DNA of 64,000 nt, from assembly GCA_036630325.1 (NCBI GenBank), contig CP142729.1, positions 620,001 through 684,000 on the forward strand, written 5' to 3'. Positions 53,030 through 64,000 of the stretch are shown piece after piece. Each line of letters begins with the position of its first letter. Position 1 is the first letter of the stretch. The notes beneath the pieces are model-generated. The model was given only the letters and a program-made list of their open reading frames with translations. It was not told where the DNA came from and searched no databases. The position numbers were made by a program, and so were the translations under genes. Source of the stretch: Vairimorpha necatrix (taxonomy: Eukaryota).

Positions 53030-56000
53030 TGTCAATTGCTTTATTTGTATTTTCCATCCCCTCTTTTGGAAATGGTTTTAAATAGTTTAAGTAGCCAATC
53101 AAATACGTCCATTTGTCGAAAGATGATTGGCTGGACTTGATGGGCTACGACACCCCCTCACTTAGTTTTTGACGTATCTCTTTTTACGTGACTTTTGTTA
53201 ACTCTAAATTCTCCTTTGTTATTCATCGGCTTCACTAGATAAGCATCGTCAGATAAGATTTCTGATATTTTATACCCAACAAACCATTTTGAGCTTAATT
53301 TGTCTTTTCCGGGCAAACTTCTATAGATCATTACTGGTTCCCCGACTTCTAACTTTTCTTTGATATCTCTTTTACCCTTAATTATGTCTTTTTTGTATTT
53401 AATAAAATTTTTATTTCTTTTCTCTAGCAAGTGTTGTTTAGAATATCTTTTAAGAATTGTTCCAAGTTTCTTATCTATTTCCGTTTCTATCTGATGTCCA
53501 TATTTCATTATATACGGTGAAGTTCCTATAGCTCGATTAAACGAAAGATTTACAGCTAATGTTGCTTTTTTTAAGAATGGGCTCCAGTCACGTTCTCCAA
53601 ATAATGACATTCTTCTTAATGTGTTTCTAAGAGTTTGATTTACTCTTTCGACTGCTCCAGTTGTCTGATGGTGATAGGGAGAACCAAATTCCCATTTTAT
53701 ATTATATTTTTGTTGTAGTGATAGTACTTCTTGATTACTAAATTCTAGTCCATTATCTGTCAAAATTCTCTCGGGTATTCCGTGCTTTTTTATTATTAAC
53801 TCTTCTACAGCACAATAAATTTCTTTTGAGCTTTTATTAGACAGTATTTTAGTCTCTATCCATTTCGTGTAGTGGTCAATTGCTACAAATACATATTTTG
53901 ATCCAGTACTTTCATACATTTTCCCAAGTAAATCAATTTCCCAGAGTTCATTGGGTCTTTCCGATATGATTACTTTATTTTTAGTTTTAATTCTTGGTCC
54001 CCTCGACATAAGGCATATTGTACATTGGGCGCAAAATATTTCAATCTCTTTATGCATATTTTTCCATGCGTAATTTTGCGAAATCATAAATTTCATAGTA
54101 TTCGCGGAGCCATGGCCAGAGATCTTATGATATTCTGTCAAAATCTGTTTCTTATCTTCTACACTAAGTATTTGTGTATTTATGTGGTTTACTTGTTCTT
54201 GTTGAAAAAATCTGCTGAATCCATCCGCTATATTATGATCTCCTTTTACATGTTCTATTTTAAAGTCATAATCGGAAAGTTTTAATGACCATCTTAAGAG
54301 TCGGCTTGATAGGTCTTTTGTTTGCATTAGATAGACGAGTGCTTTATGGTCTGTTCTAAGGGTAAACTTTTTCCCTAATAGATAATGTCTAAAGTGACCT
54401 ATTCCTTTTATTAGTCCAAGTAATTCTTTATCTGTTACTGAGTAGTTTTTCTGACATTTGTCTAGTCTTTTACTATAAGCCGCAATCATTTTTTCTCCAC
54501 CTTGTCCGTTATCCTGTAATAGAACGGCTCCTATTCCCGAATCTGATGCATCCGTCATGAGTATAAATTCCTTTTGAAAATCGGGCTGAGTCCTGATAGT
54601 ACTTTTCCCCATTTCCAATTTTGTATTGTTAAAAGCTTCTATTTGCTCACTGTTCAGATATATCTTTTTATTTGAGCTTTGTTTTTCTCCCTTCAGTATA
54701 TCATATAGTGGTCCAGTGAGGGTTGCTATATTTTTTATAAAGTCTCTGCAATAATTTATTATCCCCAGAAAGCCTCTAAGCTCTTTTATAGTGGTAGGTA
54801 TTGGGTAGGACTTTATTTGACTAATTCGTTCTGGGTCAACTTTTATGTATCCACTTCCTATGATATTTCCGAGTATTTTAATTTCATTTTTATAAAATTT
54901 ACATTTTTTTAGGTTTAATGATAATCCGGCTGCTCTAATTTTACCCAATGCTATTTGTAAATGTTTATCATGCTCGTCTTTTGTTTTAGAATAAATAATT
55001 ATGTCATCTAGGTATGGTATGATAAATTTTCTATTTTCGCATCTGAAAATATTGTCCATAGCACGTTGAAATGTAGCCGGAGCATTGCACAGCCCAAACG
55101 GCATCCTATTGTACTCATATAAACGACCTTTAAATGAGAAAGCTGTTTTCTCTTTGTCTTTTTCCTCCATGGGGAGCTGTTGAAATCCACTTGTGGCGTC
55201 TAGGATTGAAAAGAATGAAGCTTTGGAACAAGTATCTAAAATTTCGTCGATTCTGGGTGACATATAGGAATCTTTTATTGTAATAGAGTTCAAACCTCTA
55301 TAGTCTATACACATTCTCCAGGTTTTATCTGGTTTTGGAACCATGACTATCCTACTGCACCAAGGGCTTTTACTATCTCTAATTATGCCCAGCTCTAGTA
55401 ATTTTTGGATTTCCTTTTCAATTATTTCCTCCTGCATAATTGGTATTCTACCATTTCTTTGACAGATTATTTTACCGCTATTAACTTGTATATTATGTTT
55501 CCCCGCTGTACATAAATTAAATTCTCCTATTTCGGTCTTGAATAAATCTTTATATTGTTCCTCGATTTTTGTTTTATTTAGTTCGTTGCAGTATCTAACT
55601 TTTTTGTGGTTATCTGGTGATATTTCTGTAAATATCTCAGTGACTAAGCTTAAATTTCTTTTAATTACTTCAGATCCTAGAATTATGTATCTTGTATCTT
55701 GCATTATTAGTGGTGAGAATGTTATAGTTTTGTTTTTTATTTTTATAGTAACGTTCTTTAACTGTCCAATAATTTTTAGTGTATTATTACCTGCTCCTTT
55801 AACAATTCCTGAATATGTATTAATATGTTTATGCAGATCAATTGGTATATCTGATTGTCCGATGAGTGACACATCTGCTCCAGTATCCAATAAAACACTT
55901 TTCTTGTTATCAAAGATATAACCTTCTACGAAAAAGGGATTATCGCTATTTATAACTCTACATAAGGAATAAAAAATATCGTCGTTTATTTCGTTATCAT

Positions 56001-56930
56001 GTTTCTTTTCTTCTTCTTCGACTATGTTGATGCTACCAGATGATTTCCTCTTTTCTTCTTCAATAAATTTAGATAATTTTTTGCATTCTCTTGTTGCGTG
56101 GAATCCTTCTCCATGCACGATGCAATGTTTTTTGTTTAAGTGAGAATTTCCTGATTGTCTCTCTCTGCTAAATGACACCTTGTCATGTTTTTTGTTATAT
56201 GGTGTCTCTCTACCATGTTTTTTGTTGTTAATTGGCCCTCTGCCATAATTGTAATTGAATGATGGTTTACGTCCGTATTCTTCTACTCTAGACAACATCT
56301 TATCTGGATATGGAATCCATGCTATTTCTTCCGCCATTTGGACAAATACTTCCCACGTCTCGGCCGATTTAGAAGCTTGGAATAATAATGATTTTATTTC
56401 AGGTGGGGATTTGTTAATAATCATTTGAAATAAAGCATTCAAGTAAATTTGTTTTCTTTCAGAGATGATCGTGGCTTGTGTCAACATTTTAGAGAAGTCT
56501 TCCCTTGTTTCTGGTATGGGGAGAGAGAGAAATCGGCTCAATGTTATGTCACTATCTTTATTCGCTCCAAATCTGGCCTTCAACATTTTTATAAAGTCTG
56601 CTAGGCTTATTAAGTTCATCTTTCCTGCTAAGACTTGAGATGCCCAGGATAAAGCATTCCCTTTCATTTTAAAAATAAGCGCTTTTTTTATTTGTTGTTC
56701 TGTCCACTCAGAGACCTCTCCCAACATCATTATATCTCGTATCCAGGTGTTTACATCTTCACCTGGCTCCCCGGAGAAATAGTTTGCATTATTTGCAGTT
56801 GTCGCCATGTCAATTGCTTTATTTGTATTTTCCATCCCCTCTTTTGGAAATGGTTTTAAATAGTTTAAGTAGCCAATCAAATACGTCCATTTGTCGAAAG
56901 ATGATTGGCTGGACTTGATGGGCTACGACA
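53030..56930 (-). mobile_element. Intact Ty3/Gypsy LTR retrotransposon (3901 bp)
   Basis: Identical 123-bp LTRs at 53030-53152 and 56808-56930, TSD ACAAC, PBS TGGCGACAACTGCA, PPT GAGGGGG. Confidence 0.98.
53158..56808 (-). CDS. gag-pol: Single-ORF Gag-Pol polyprotein (~1216 aa counted from MATT)
   Basis: CHHC knuckle, LDTGAD, YLDD, TDASD, HHCC and DDE integrase; no stops. Confidence 0.96.
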   Translation of the reverse strand: MATTANNANYFSGEPGEDVNTWIRDIMMLGEVSEWTEQQIKKALIFKMKGNALSWASQVLAGKMNLISLADFIKMLKARFGANKDSDITLSRFLSLPIPETREDFSKMLTQATIISERKQIYLNALFQMIINKSPPEIKSLLFQASKSAETWEVFVQMAEEIAWIPYPDKMLSRVEEYGRKPSFNYNYGRGPINNKKHGRETPYNKKHDKVSFSRERQSGNSHLNKKHCIVHGEGFHATRECKKLSKFIEEEKRKSSGSINIVEEEEKKHDNEINDDIFYSLCRVINSDNPFFVEGYIFDNKKSVLLDTGADVSLIGQSDIPIDLHKHINTYSGIVKGAGNNTLKIIGQLKNVTIKIKNKTITFSPLIMQDTRYIILGSEVIKRNLSLVTEIFTEISPDNHKKVRYCNELNKTKIEEQYKDLFKTEIGEFNLCTAGKHNIQVNSGKIICQRNGRIPIMQEEIIEKEIQKLLELGIIRDSKSPWCSRIVMVPKPDKTWRMCIDYRGLNSITIKDSYMSPRIDEILDTCSKASFFSILDATSGFQQLPMEEKDKEKTAFSFKGRLYEYNRMPFGLCNAPATFQRAMDNIFRCENRKFIIPYLDDIIIYSKTKDEHDKHLQIALGKIRAAGLSLNLKKCKFYKNEIKILGNIIGSGYIKVDPERISQIKSYPIPTTIKELRGFLGIINYCRDFIKNIATLTGPLYDILKGEKQSSNKKIYLNSEQIEAFNNTKLEMGKSTIRTQPDFQKEFILMTDASDSGIGAVLLQDNGQGGEKMIAAYSKRLDKCQKNYSVTDKELLGLIKGIGHFRHYLLGKKFTLRTDHKALVYLMQTKDLSSRLLRWSLKLSDYDFKIEHVKGDHNIADGFSRFFQQEQVNHINTQILSVEDKKQILTEYHKISGHGSANTMKFMISQNYAWKNMHKEIEIFCAQCTICLMSRGPRIKTKNKVIISERPNELWEIDLLGKMYESTGSKYVFVAIDHYTKWIETKILSNKSSKEIYCAVEELIIKKHGIPERILTDNGLEFSNQEVLSLQQKYNIKWEFGSPYHHQTTGAVERVNQTLRNTLRRMSLFGERDWSPFLKKATLAVNLSFNRAIGTSPYIMKYGHQIETEIDKKLGTILKRYSKQHLLEKRNKNFIKYKKDIIKGKRDIKEKLEVGEPVMIYRSLPGKDKLSSKWFVGYKISEILSDDAYLVKPMNNKGEFRVNKSHVKRDTSKTK

Positions 56931-56993
56931 ACAACAATTACAGAATTCCAAAAGAAAATGATATCATCAATATGACACAGGGCAAAAGGATTT

Positions 56994-58035
56994 GGCTAAT
57001 ATAAGCATTAGTGTTAAAAAGTAGGGGCCAAAGTTTTTAAAAAATTGCCCCTTTTTAAAAAAAGGAAAGGGACAGAAAACGTCAGACAAAAAAAAATTGT
57101 AATTAATATGTAAAAATGTAAGAAAATAATCATTTAAATGTATAAATGCATCGAAAAAAATATAAAAAAGGCTTTGAAGGTGTCTTAGCTCTCATTTCTT
57201 TTAATCATATATAGAGTTAAAGTAATTTTAACAAGCCCAATACGTCCTACACCTGTAGGTTTAAAGACTTTTTAGACACCAAGAGCCTTTGATGGTGTTT
57301 GTATGGGCGGCCGTCTCTCTGTCCCTATATGTTTGACTGTGATTTAGGGTTCTATGGCCAGTATGATGATAATATAAAAAGTTATACATGCCTTCCTCAT
57401 ATCCGAATGGATGACTGATTTATAATTAACATGTATAAAGATGTTTGAAGAATTTTATCTTTGTTTCTTCCATCTGTTATTACGAAAACTGTCTTCTTTG
57501 CTTCTGTTCTTTCTACCATTCTGAAACACCAACCCCCTTAACAAGCCTTCCCTATGAAATTAATTTTGCCGATTTTGCTCTCATCCATCTACCTATAATA
57601 TCTTCGTCTCCTATTTGCTTCACCTTATTTGAATATTTCTCAATAATTTGAATTTATAAAATTTCTCTAGGGAGTAGCTTGGATTTTATATTGCATCCTA
57701 AAGATTCTTGATATATAAATTACTTAGTCCATAATATCTACAAATTTACTATTTTAACATATGTAACGTTTTATTTATTGCTTAAAAATAATGTATTATT
57801 TAAAATTGTAAATATACGTCTACACTTTGAAGACTTGCACCGGGAGTAAGCAGTTTAATTTGAAACTATTGCCTTTTTAACCTTATTTTATACATTTCTG
57901 ATCGTATTTGTTGCTTGCTATACATAAATAAAAATTTACAATTTCCTTGTTAACTGAATACCTTTTCTTATAAAAAAGGAGCTATTTTTTAAAAATTTTG
58001 ACTCCCTTCTTTTTTACACCAATGCTGATTTAGCC
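56994..58035 (-). mobile_element. Merlin transposon, decayed
   Basis: GGCTAA TIRs, perfect 8-bp TSD AAGGATTT, IHSDM and HTNTI motifs. Confidence 0.88.
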
Positions 58036-58877
58036 AAGGATTTTCATATATTAGACCTATCGGGCAAATTCTTCCTATTGAAATTGGTACTAAGAAATAA
58101 TTTAAAACAGTCTTTTATTTTAGAAACCAGTTGTGTTAATACACCAGAATGCCACAAGGCTTCTAAAATTCACCTGTAATTTTCCAAATGATAATGGACA
58201 ACATCTTTTATGATATCATGGAAACTAAAGGTATGGTCTATATGGATTACATGATAGTGTTTTGAAAAACTGGATAAGAATATGATTAGAGCATACTAAA
58301 AGTTCTATGAAGGCTCGTTAGAAATAATTTTAAAGTAAACACAGATAAAATGCAATATAAAAGTACAGCACTAAAACTTTTAGGATTTATGATCAACGAG
58401 TCAACAAGAAGACCAATGGGAGAACATCAGAGGAAGATATTAGATTTAAAACACCATAAAATAAAAAAGACTTTTAAAATAATCTGGATTTGCCAATTAC
58501 TTTAGAAAATACCTTGCACATCTAGAAACAATTTTGCAACCACTATATGATGACATAAAGGTCTTACAGACAATGATCAATTAAAAGGGACTGAGGAATG
58601 TGAGGACGTATTTTGTGACATAAAACTAAGGATAAAAATGTAACATATCAGTAAATGTAGCAGACTTCACAAAGCCATTGTCCTTACAACAGATGCTACA
58701 AACACTGAAATTGGAGCCTGCTTTGAACAAGCAAAAGAAGGTGAACTTATAGTTATAGATTATGCGCCTAAAAAACTATCTGAATCTGAGGAAAAATTAC
58801 AATAACTGAGATGGGATTTCTAGCAATGGCTTGGGGAATACAGCACTATGAATTGTATTTGAAAGGATATAAATTTA

Positions 58878-60179
58878 CAGGGGTTTGCATTTCTATATTC
58901 CCATGTTTGCATTTCTATATTCCCCTGTTTGCATTTCTTTATTCCCCTGTTTGCATTTCTTTATTCCCCTGTTTGCATTTCTATATCCCCATGTTTGCAT
59001 TTCTATCTTCTTATAAAAATTTGAATTTTTTAATCCCCCCAATGGTAAGAAAAATAAGGAAAACAATAACCAACGAATTAAAGAATATCGTTTTCGAATT
59101 GGCAAAAGATGAAAAGCGATCCATAGCCGAAATTTCGACTTTGGTCAAATTACATCGTAAAACCGTTGCATCTATTATTCGAAACCAGCACAATCAACCT
59201 ACAAGGTCTATTCGGCAGTTGTATCAAAATGAAATGCTTTCGAATACAGACCGGGTTGTTAAAAACATAGTTGATTGTGCTAATGATAAAACTTTACAGG
59301 AAAATTCTAATGAGTTAAATTTACGAACAAATGTAAATTTGTCAAAATCTTCAATATCGAGAAAACTCAAAAAACTCGGTATAACAAAAAAAAAAGGCTC
59401 AGTTTGATTCCTGTTGAACGTAACTCGTTGGACAAAATAAACCAAAGAAGTATTTTTGCCTCCGAAATTAGTAGGTACTCGGCCAAAAACCTAGTTTTTC
59501 TCGATGAAACTGGGTTCAACGTATATACTACGCGAAGTTACGGATATTCAGAAAAGAATACTAAAGCCTATAAGAATGTGCCAGCAAATCGTGGCCAAAA
59601 TATAAGCTGTATGTGTGTAATTACTATCAATGGATTATTGGCATTTGAGTATAAACGCGGAGCATATAATTCCGAGAGTTTTATGAACTTTGTTGAAAAT
59701 AAATTATCTATGTTCTTTAGGAATAATCCTGGTAAAGTTCTTATAATGGATAATGCCAGTTTTCATCATTCGCGGGAAGTTTTACAAAAATTAAATAATC
59801 TAGGCATTAATCATAAATTTCTGTCTCCTTATTCACCACAACTAAATCCCATTGAAGAGTTTTTTTCAATGCTCAAGGCAAGATTTTCATCATTTCATTC
59901 ATCAGAAAGTCTAATTGAAACAATTATTGAGAACGTTTTGAGTTTAGATTATAACCGTGAGTGTCCTGCGTTTTGCAGAAATATGATAGGCTGGCTAGAA
60001 AAGGCAAGAGCAATAGAAGATTTTATTTAATAAACATTTTTTATTATTATTGAAATTTTTTTTTATGGGAATATAGAAATGCAAACAGGGGAATATAGAA
60101 ATGCAAACATGAGAATATAGAAATGCAAACATGAGAATATAGAAATGCAAACATGGGAATATAGAAATGCAAACCCCTG
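58878..60179 (+). mobile_element. Tc1/IS630-like DD34E transposon with tandem-repeat TIRs
   Basis: TA TSD, CAGGGG ends, 22-bp subterminal repeats GTTTGCATTTCTATATTCCC. Confidence 0.95.
59042..60030 (+). CDS. DD34E transposase split by a -1 frameshift at an A10 run (~59386-59395)
   Basis: HTH N-terminus; FLDETGF, MDNASFH and LNPIEE with 34 residues between the second D and E. Confidence 0.85.
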
Positions 60180-61452
60180 TAAAGTAATAACTTATCACAC
60201 TGCCCTTACATTTTCCAAAACAAATCTTTTTTTGAAATATGAAATTAGAAAAGGAGGAAGAAACTACAAAGCTATGATTTCACAATACACACAAAAAGGC
60301 ACATAAATAATTGAGGCTGATGTATTTAGTAGAATATATGAAACGTCGGACTTAACTAATGATTTCAAACATCAAAAAAATATGTTCATAGATTCTAAAG
60401 GCACATGGTATTATAAAGTAAACGACACAAAAACGAAACTCTTCTCGCCAGTCGAAGATAGACCAGCGCTCCATTAAATAGCACACAAAATACTTACAAC
60501 TCATGGTTTAAGAGATGCAAATCATTTTGCTTAAAATGAAAACACTATTGACTCAAATGAAACGAATCGATTGCTCAAAATCTTAAACGTTGTAAACCAT
60601 GTCAATGTAACCAACAAAAGACACAAGGAGGGAAAAATAGTGGAGGCAAATTATAAATTTAAAGGGGTTAGTATGGATCTATATAAATAGAGCAGACCAT
60701 AACCTTGCTTACATGTATTGATTTTTACACAAGAAAGTAAATTTGAAATATCTAAAGAATAAAATGGACAAAGAAACATTTAAAATATGCATGAAAACTT
60801 TGAGAAATGGTGAATTCTGAAACAAATAATATATGATAACTGTAGAGAATTTATATATTAAGAGGTTTCTGTGTAATGCGAAAAAACTTAATTATGATTA
60901 CATTACAAGCCCAAGAAAACATTAGTCCAATGGAAGAGTTGAAAGACTAAATAGAAATGCATGGCAGATTTAAAAAAAGCTTTTTGAAGAACTTAATTAT
61001 AATTAAAAAATAAATCTACCAGATATTATCATTAGATTTAATAATACCTATCACAGGGGCATTGAGTGTACACAAATATAATGTGGAAATACTAAATATC
61101 ATATTAAGAAAGAGAAGCGCAACGACTTAAATACGAGAAGAAATTTAAATCTTTAAGGAAAAAAGCCATTGGGGAGAATGTCTAATACAAGACATTTACG
61201 TCAAAACATCATCTGCCAAAGCAGATAGCAAATTTGCTTTTGAAGGAAAAATTGTAGAAATCTTAGATGGAGATTCTTATCATATCATAATAAATGAAAA
61301 GAAAGTCAAACGTAACCACGCTCAACTTCAAAATATCAAAAATTCTTCAATGAAAATAACAGGGAAAGAAATAAACCGATAAGGTGCTTCTAGTGGATAT
61401 TTTTGTCTTTATAATATCTAATAATACTTCTTTTCTTGTTAACTCCTTCAAT

Positions 61453-63430
61453 ATATTATATCTCTATTGTTGATTTTTATTGCAATGTGCAATAAAGTTT
61501 TGCTCTTGACATCTTATTTTTAGTTTCAAAAACTAAAAGTTTGCTTAATATCCTTATAACGCTACAGTGTACTCAAAGACGACGCTTAATGGGTGATTTA
61601 AGGATCAACTTGATCACATTCACAATTTTTAAAATTCTTTAAAAATAATAAATCGGTTACGAATGATACATTTGTAAACCTTGATCAATTCGAGTTAAAT
61701 ATCCGAATGAATAATAGACTTTATAAAAGCAACTTTTTACCGTGTTCTGATATACTATCACACCTTATTTCATATTATTAACGTCGAAGTAATAAAACAG
61801 GTTATTATAAATTAAAATTGGAAAAATAGGAGCAAACCTTTTGGAACATGTGATTTTTTAAGAAGAAGAAAAAAAAGGTTCTATAAAGTTATTGTAGAAA
61901 GGTTTATTGCATTGCTAGGAATTGTCACAATCAATACATGTTTATTACCCATTTGTATGACCTATTTGCTGTTGTAAATGATATCAGTAAAGCTTGATCA
62001 TACAAAAGATGATATTCTTTATTAATCTTGGACTACTGTTAAGATGGCCACGTAATCACGGTACGATATATTAGAAACCTTGATAGTGTGTTTATTGACA
62101 ACAAAGTTTTTGAAAGGGTATATAAAATGACAAAAATAAAAAGGAGAAGCCGTGAGAAATTTGCAATCTATTATTCCAAATGATGAAAAGAGCGTCTTAT
62201 GTGATAATATTATTATGGGAAATTTAGCCAGGGTACTCATAAATTTACTTATTGAAGATGAATATAAAACTTATTTATTAAATCGTAAAATATCGTAAAT
62301 TTTTTCCTTAAACTTGACCAATTAAAAGTCAAATTTCGTCATAAATATTGGACTACCGTAAACGTGACTGTTAAACCATGTTATGATGTACTACTACAAT
62401 TGCTAGTTTATTCATTGATAATAGAATTGTAAAATAGTTTTCCTAAACAACAAATTTGAAATAGCAAAGTGGACAAATACATGACTATTTAATGGACATA
62501 AAAAATAGTAAATATAGCACAAAAGAGATTTAAAAAAAGCTTGACCAATTAAACATAAAATACTCGCACGAATCATGGACTGCTTTCAAAGCGATAAACA
62601 TGTTATTATACACTATAACACCGGATATTCTGTATATTGGAATGAAATGGTAGAAAAAATTGTTAAAAACAACAAAATTGAAGTAACATGTCGATAACAT
62701 ACATGACTTTTTAATGGACTTAAAAAATAGTAAATATAGCACAAAAGAGAATTTATAAAAGCTTGACCAATGAAAAATCAAATACCCGCATGAATCACGG
62801 GCTGCTGTCAAAGTGGCGATCTTATCATGTTATGATATTTTAAATACGACGGAAAATGTGTATATTGATTATAACATTGTTGAAAAAATTGTTAAAAACA
62901 ACAAAATTGAAGTAACATGTCGATAGATTACATGACTTTTTAATGGACTTGAAAAATAATAAATTTAGTAGGGAAGATATTATAGTAAAACTTGATCAAT
63001 TAAGGGATAAATACCCGCATGAATCATGAACTGCTATCAAAGTGGCCTTTTGTCATGTTATGATATTTTAAATACACCGGCTAGCGTGTGATGGATAGTA
63101 ACATTGTTGAAAAAATTATCCAAAATAACAAACAGGAAAAGTTCAAAACAGAAAATAATTTAGAATCTGTAATTCCAAATGAAGAGAGGGACGCCTTATC
63201 CGATAAAATTCTTATGGGGAATTTTGCTGGCGTCCTTAAGAATCTGCTAATCGAAGATGATTTTATAAACTACTTGTTAGATCGATATCGATCAATACAA
63301 CAACATAAGCAAGTTCTTACCCCTTGTAAAAGACAACAAGGTGTATGCTTATGAAGAAAAGGTTATAAGAGAATGGCCAACGAACTCAATAATATTCGGT
63401 ACCACTAAAGGGCGGGAAAACGTATTAATC
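61453..63430 (+). pseudogene. Decayed tandem-repeat protein gene (copy 2)
   Basis: Units such as LDQ..IKYPHESRAAVKVAILSCYDILNT..VYID.NIVEKIVKNNKIE; homologous to 27370-29440. Confidence 0.62.
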
Positions 63431-63434
63431 GAGA

Positions 63435-64000
63435 TGTTTGTAATCTTAATTATAGAGACAAGGAGACCTTCGCATTTGAAAAGAGGGATTGTAATTTTTT
63501 ATTGACTATTACAAGAACCGAGAATAGAACCCGCATAGCACACAAAAAAACATAACACAATAAAGGTATTATACACGACACCTTTATTGAAGTTATGCAA
63601 TGTTTTCCCTTTACATTGGGAATTTGTTCCCTGGCTGCTAAGCCCTTCGTTGGTCTTGTGCACCAAGCGTATTGTTGATTATGATATTGTCTTGTCAATA
63701 CCTGGGGTAGGGGCAAAAAATGAATAAATAGTAAATATTTGGAATAGACCGGTCGAAAAGTCTATTTTTGAAAAGTAAAAAATTACAAAATAAAAACTTA
63801 CAATTTGTAGTATTATTAGTACTACGTGATCCTCTTTTTAAAGTTTTAGACTTTAACATACATATAAGCAAAAACCGCGCTTCGTATCCCTTACGTTTGC
63901 CGTTAAAAACATTTCGTTGCTTCTTCTTATTTTTTTCAATTTTTGCATCATTCATATCAACATCCCATTGCTGTTTCAGAAGATTTTCTTTGCATGCACA
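63435..64000 (-). mobile_element. Decayed Gypsy 3' LTR (63435-63826) and pol end; paralog of 29670-30190
   Basis: Same LTR motifs; contains the empty insertion site CATTCATATC. Confidence 0.7.

Larger units (their letters stand above)
51700..61453 (+). mobile_element. Old decayed Gypsy hosting three younger insertions
   Basis: LTR-end similarity (CTTGTTAAC..CTCAA at ~51832 and ~61453), PBS-like TGGCACCCGG, LVDTGS protease, TDATN RNase H and GRVERLNR integrase. Boundaries approximate. Confidence 0.7.

Noticed and set aside
58883-59005. CRISPR-like array
   Set aside because: The 22-bp repeats have no spacers and are mirrored at the other end of a Tc1 element.

Overview
AT-rich eukaryotic DNA made almost entirely of nested transposable elements. 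A large-genome microsporidian is the best guess (inference from the TE repertoire and CCC motifs just upstream of ATGs). No intact conserved host gene is recognisable. Retroelements: several Ty3/Gypsy LTR elements (one apparently intact 3.9-kb copy with identical LTRs, one near-intact copy, one Gag-only non-autonomous copy, a solo LTR, several decayed copies) and a decayed RLE-type (R4/Dong-like) LINE. DNA transposons: two integrase-type (Ginger-like) elements, piggyBac, MULE, Tc1/IS630, many Merlin elements, and a Helitron in a head-to-tail array. The main findings are: (i) a GC-rich ~800-bp tRNA-headed SINE with poly(A) tail and a perfect 15-bp TSD; (ii) an intact Ginger-like transposon carrying a divergent tRNA-like Pol III A/B-box cassette; (iii) Gypsy elements whose gag ATG is formed by the LTR end plus the PBS; (iv) two decayed paralogs of an unannotated, probably secreted tandem-repeat protein in a segmental duplication. 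All calls come from reading the sequence by eye; no searches were run.
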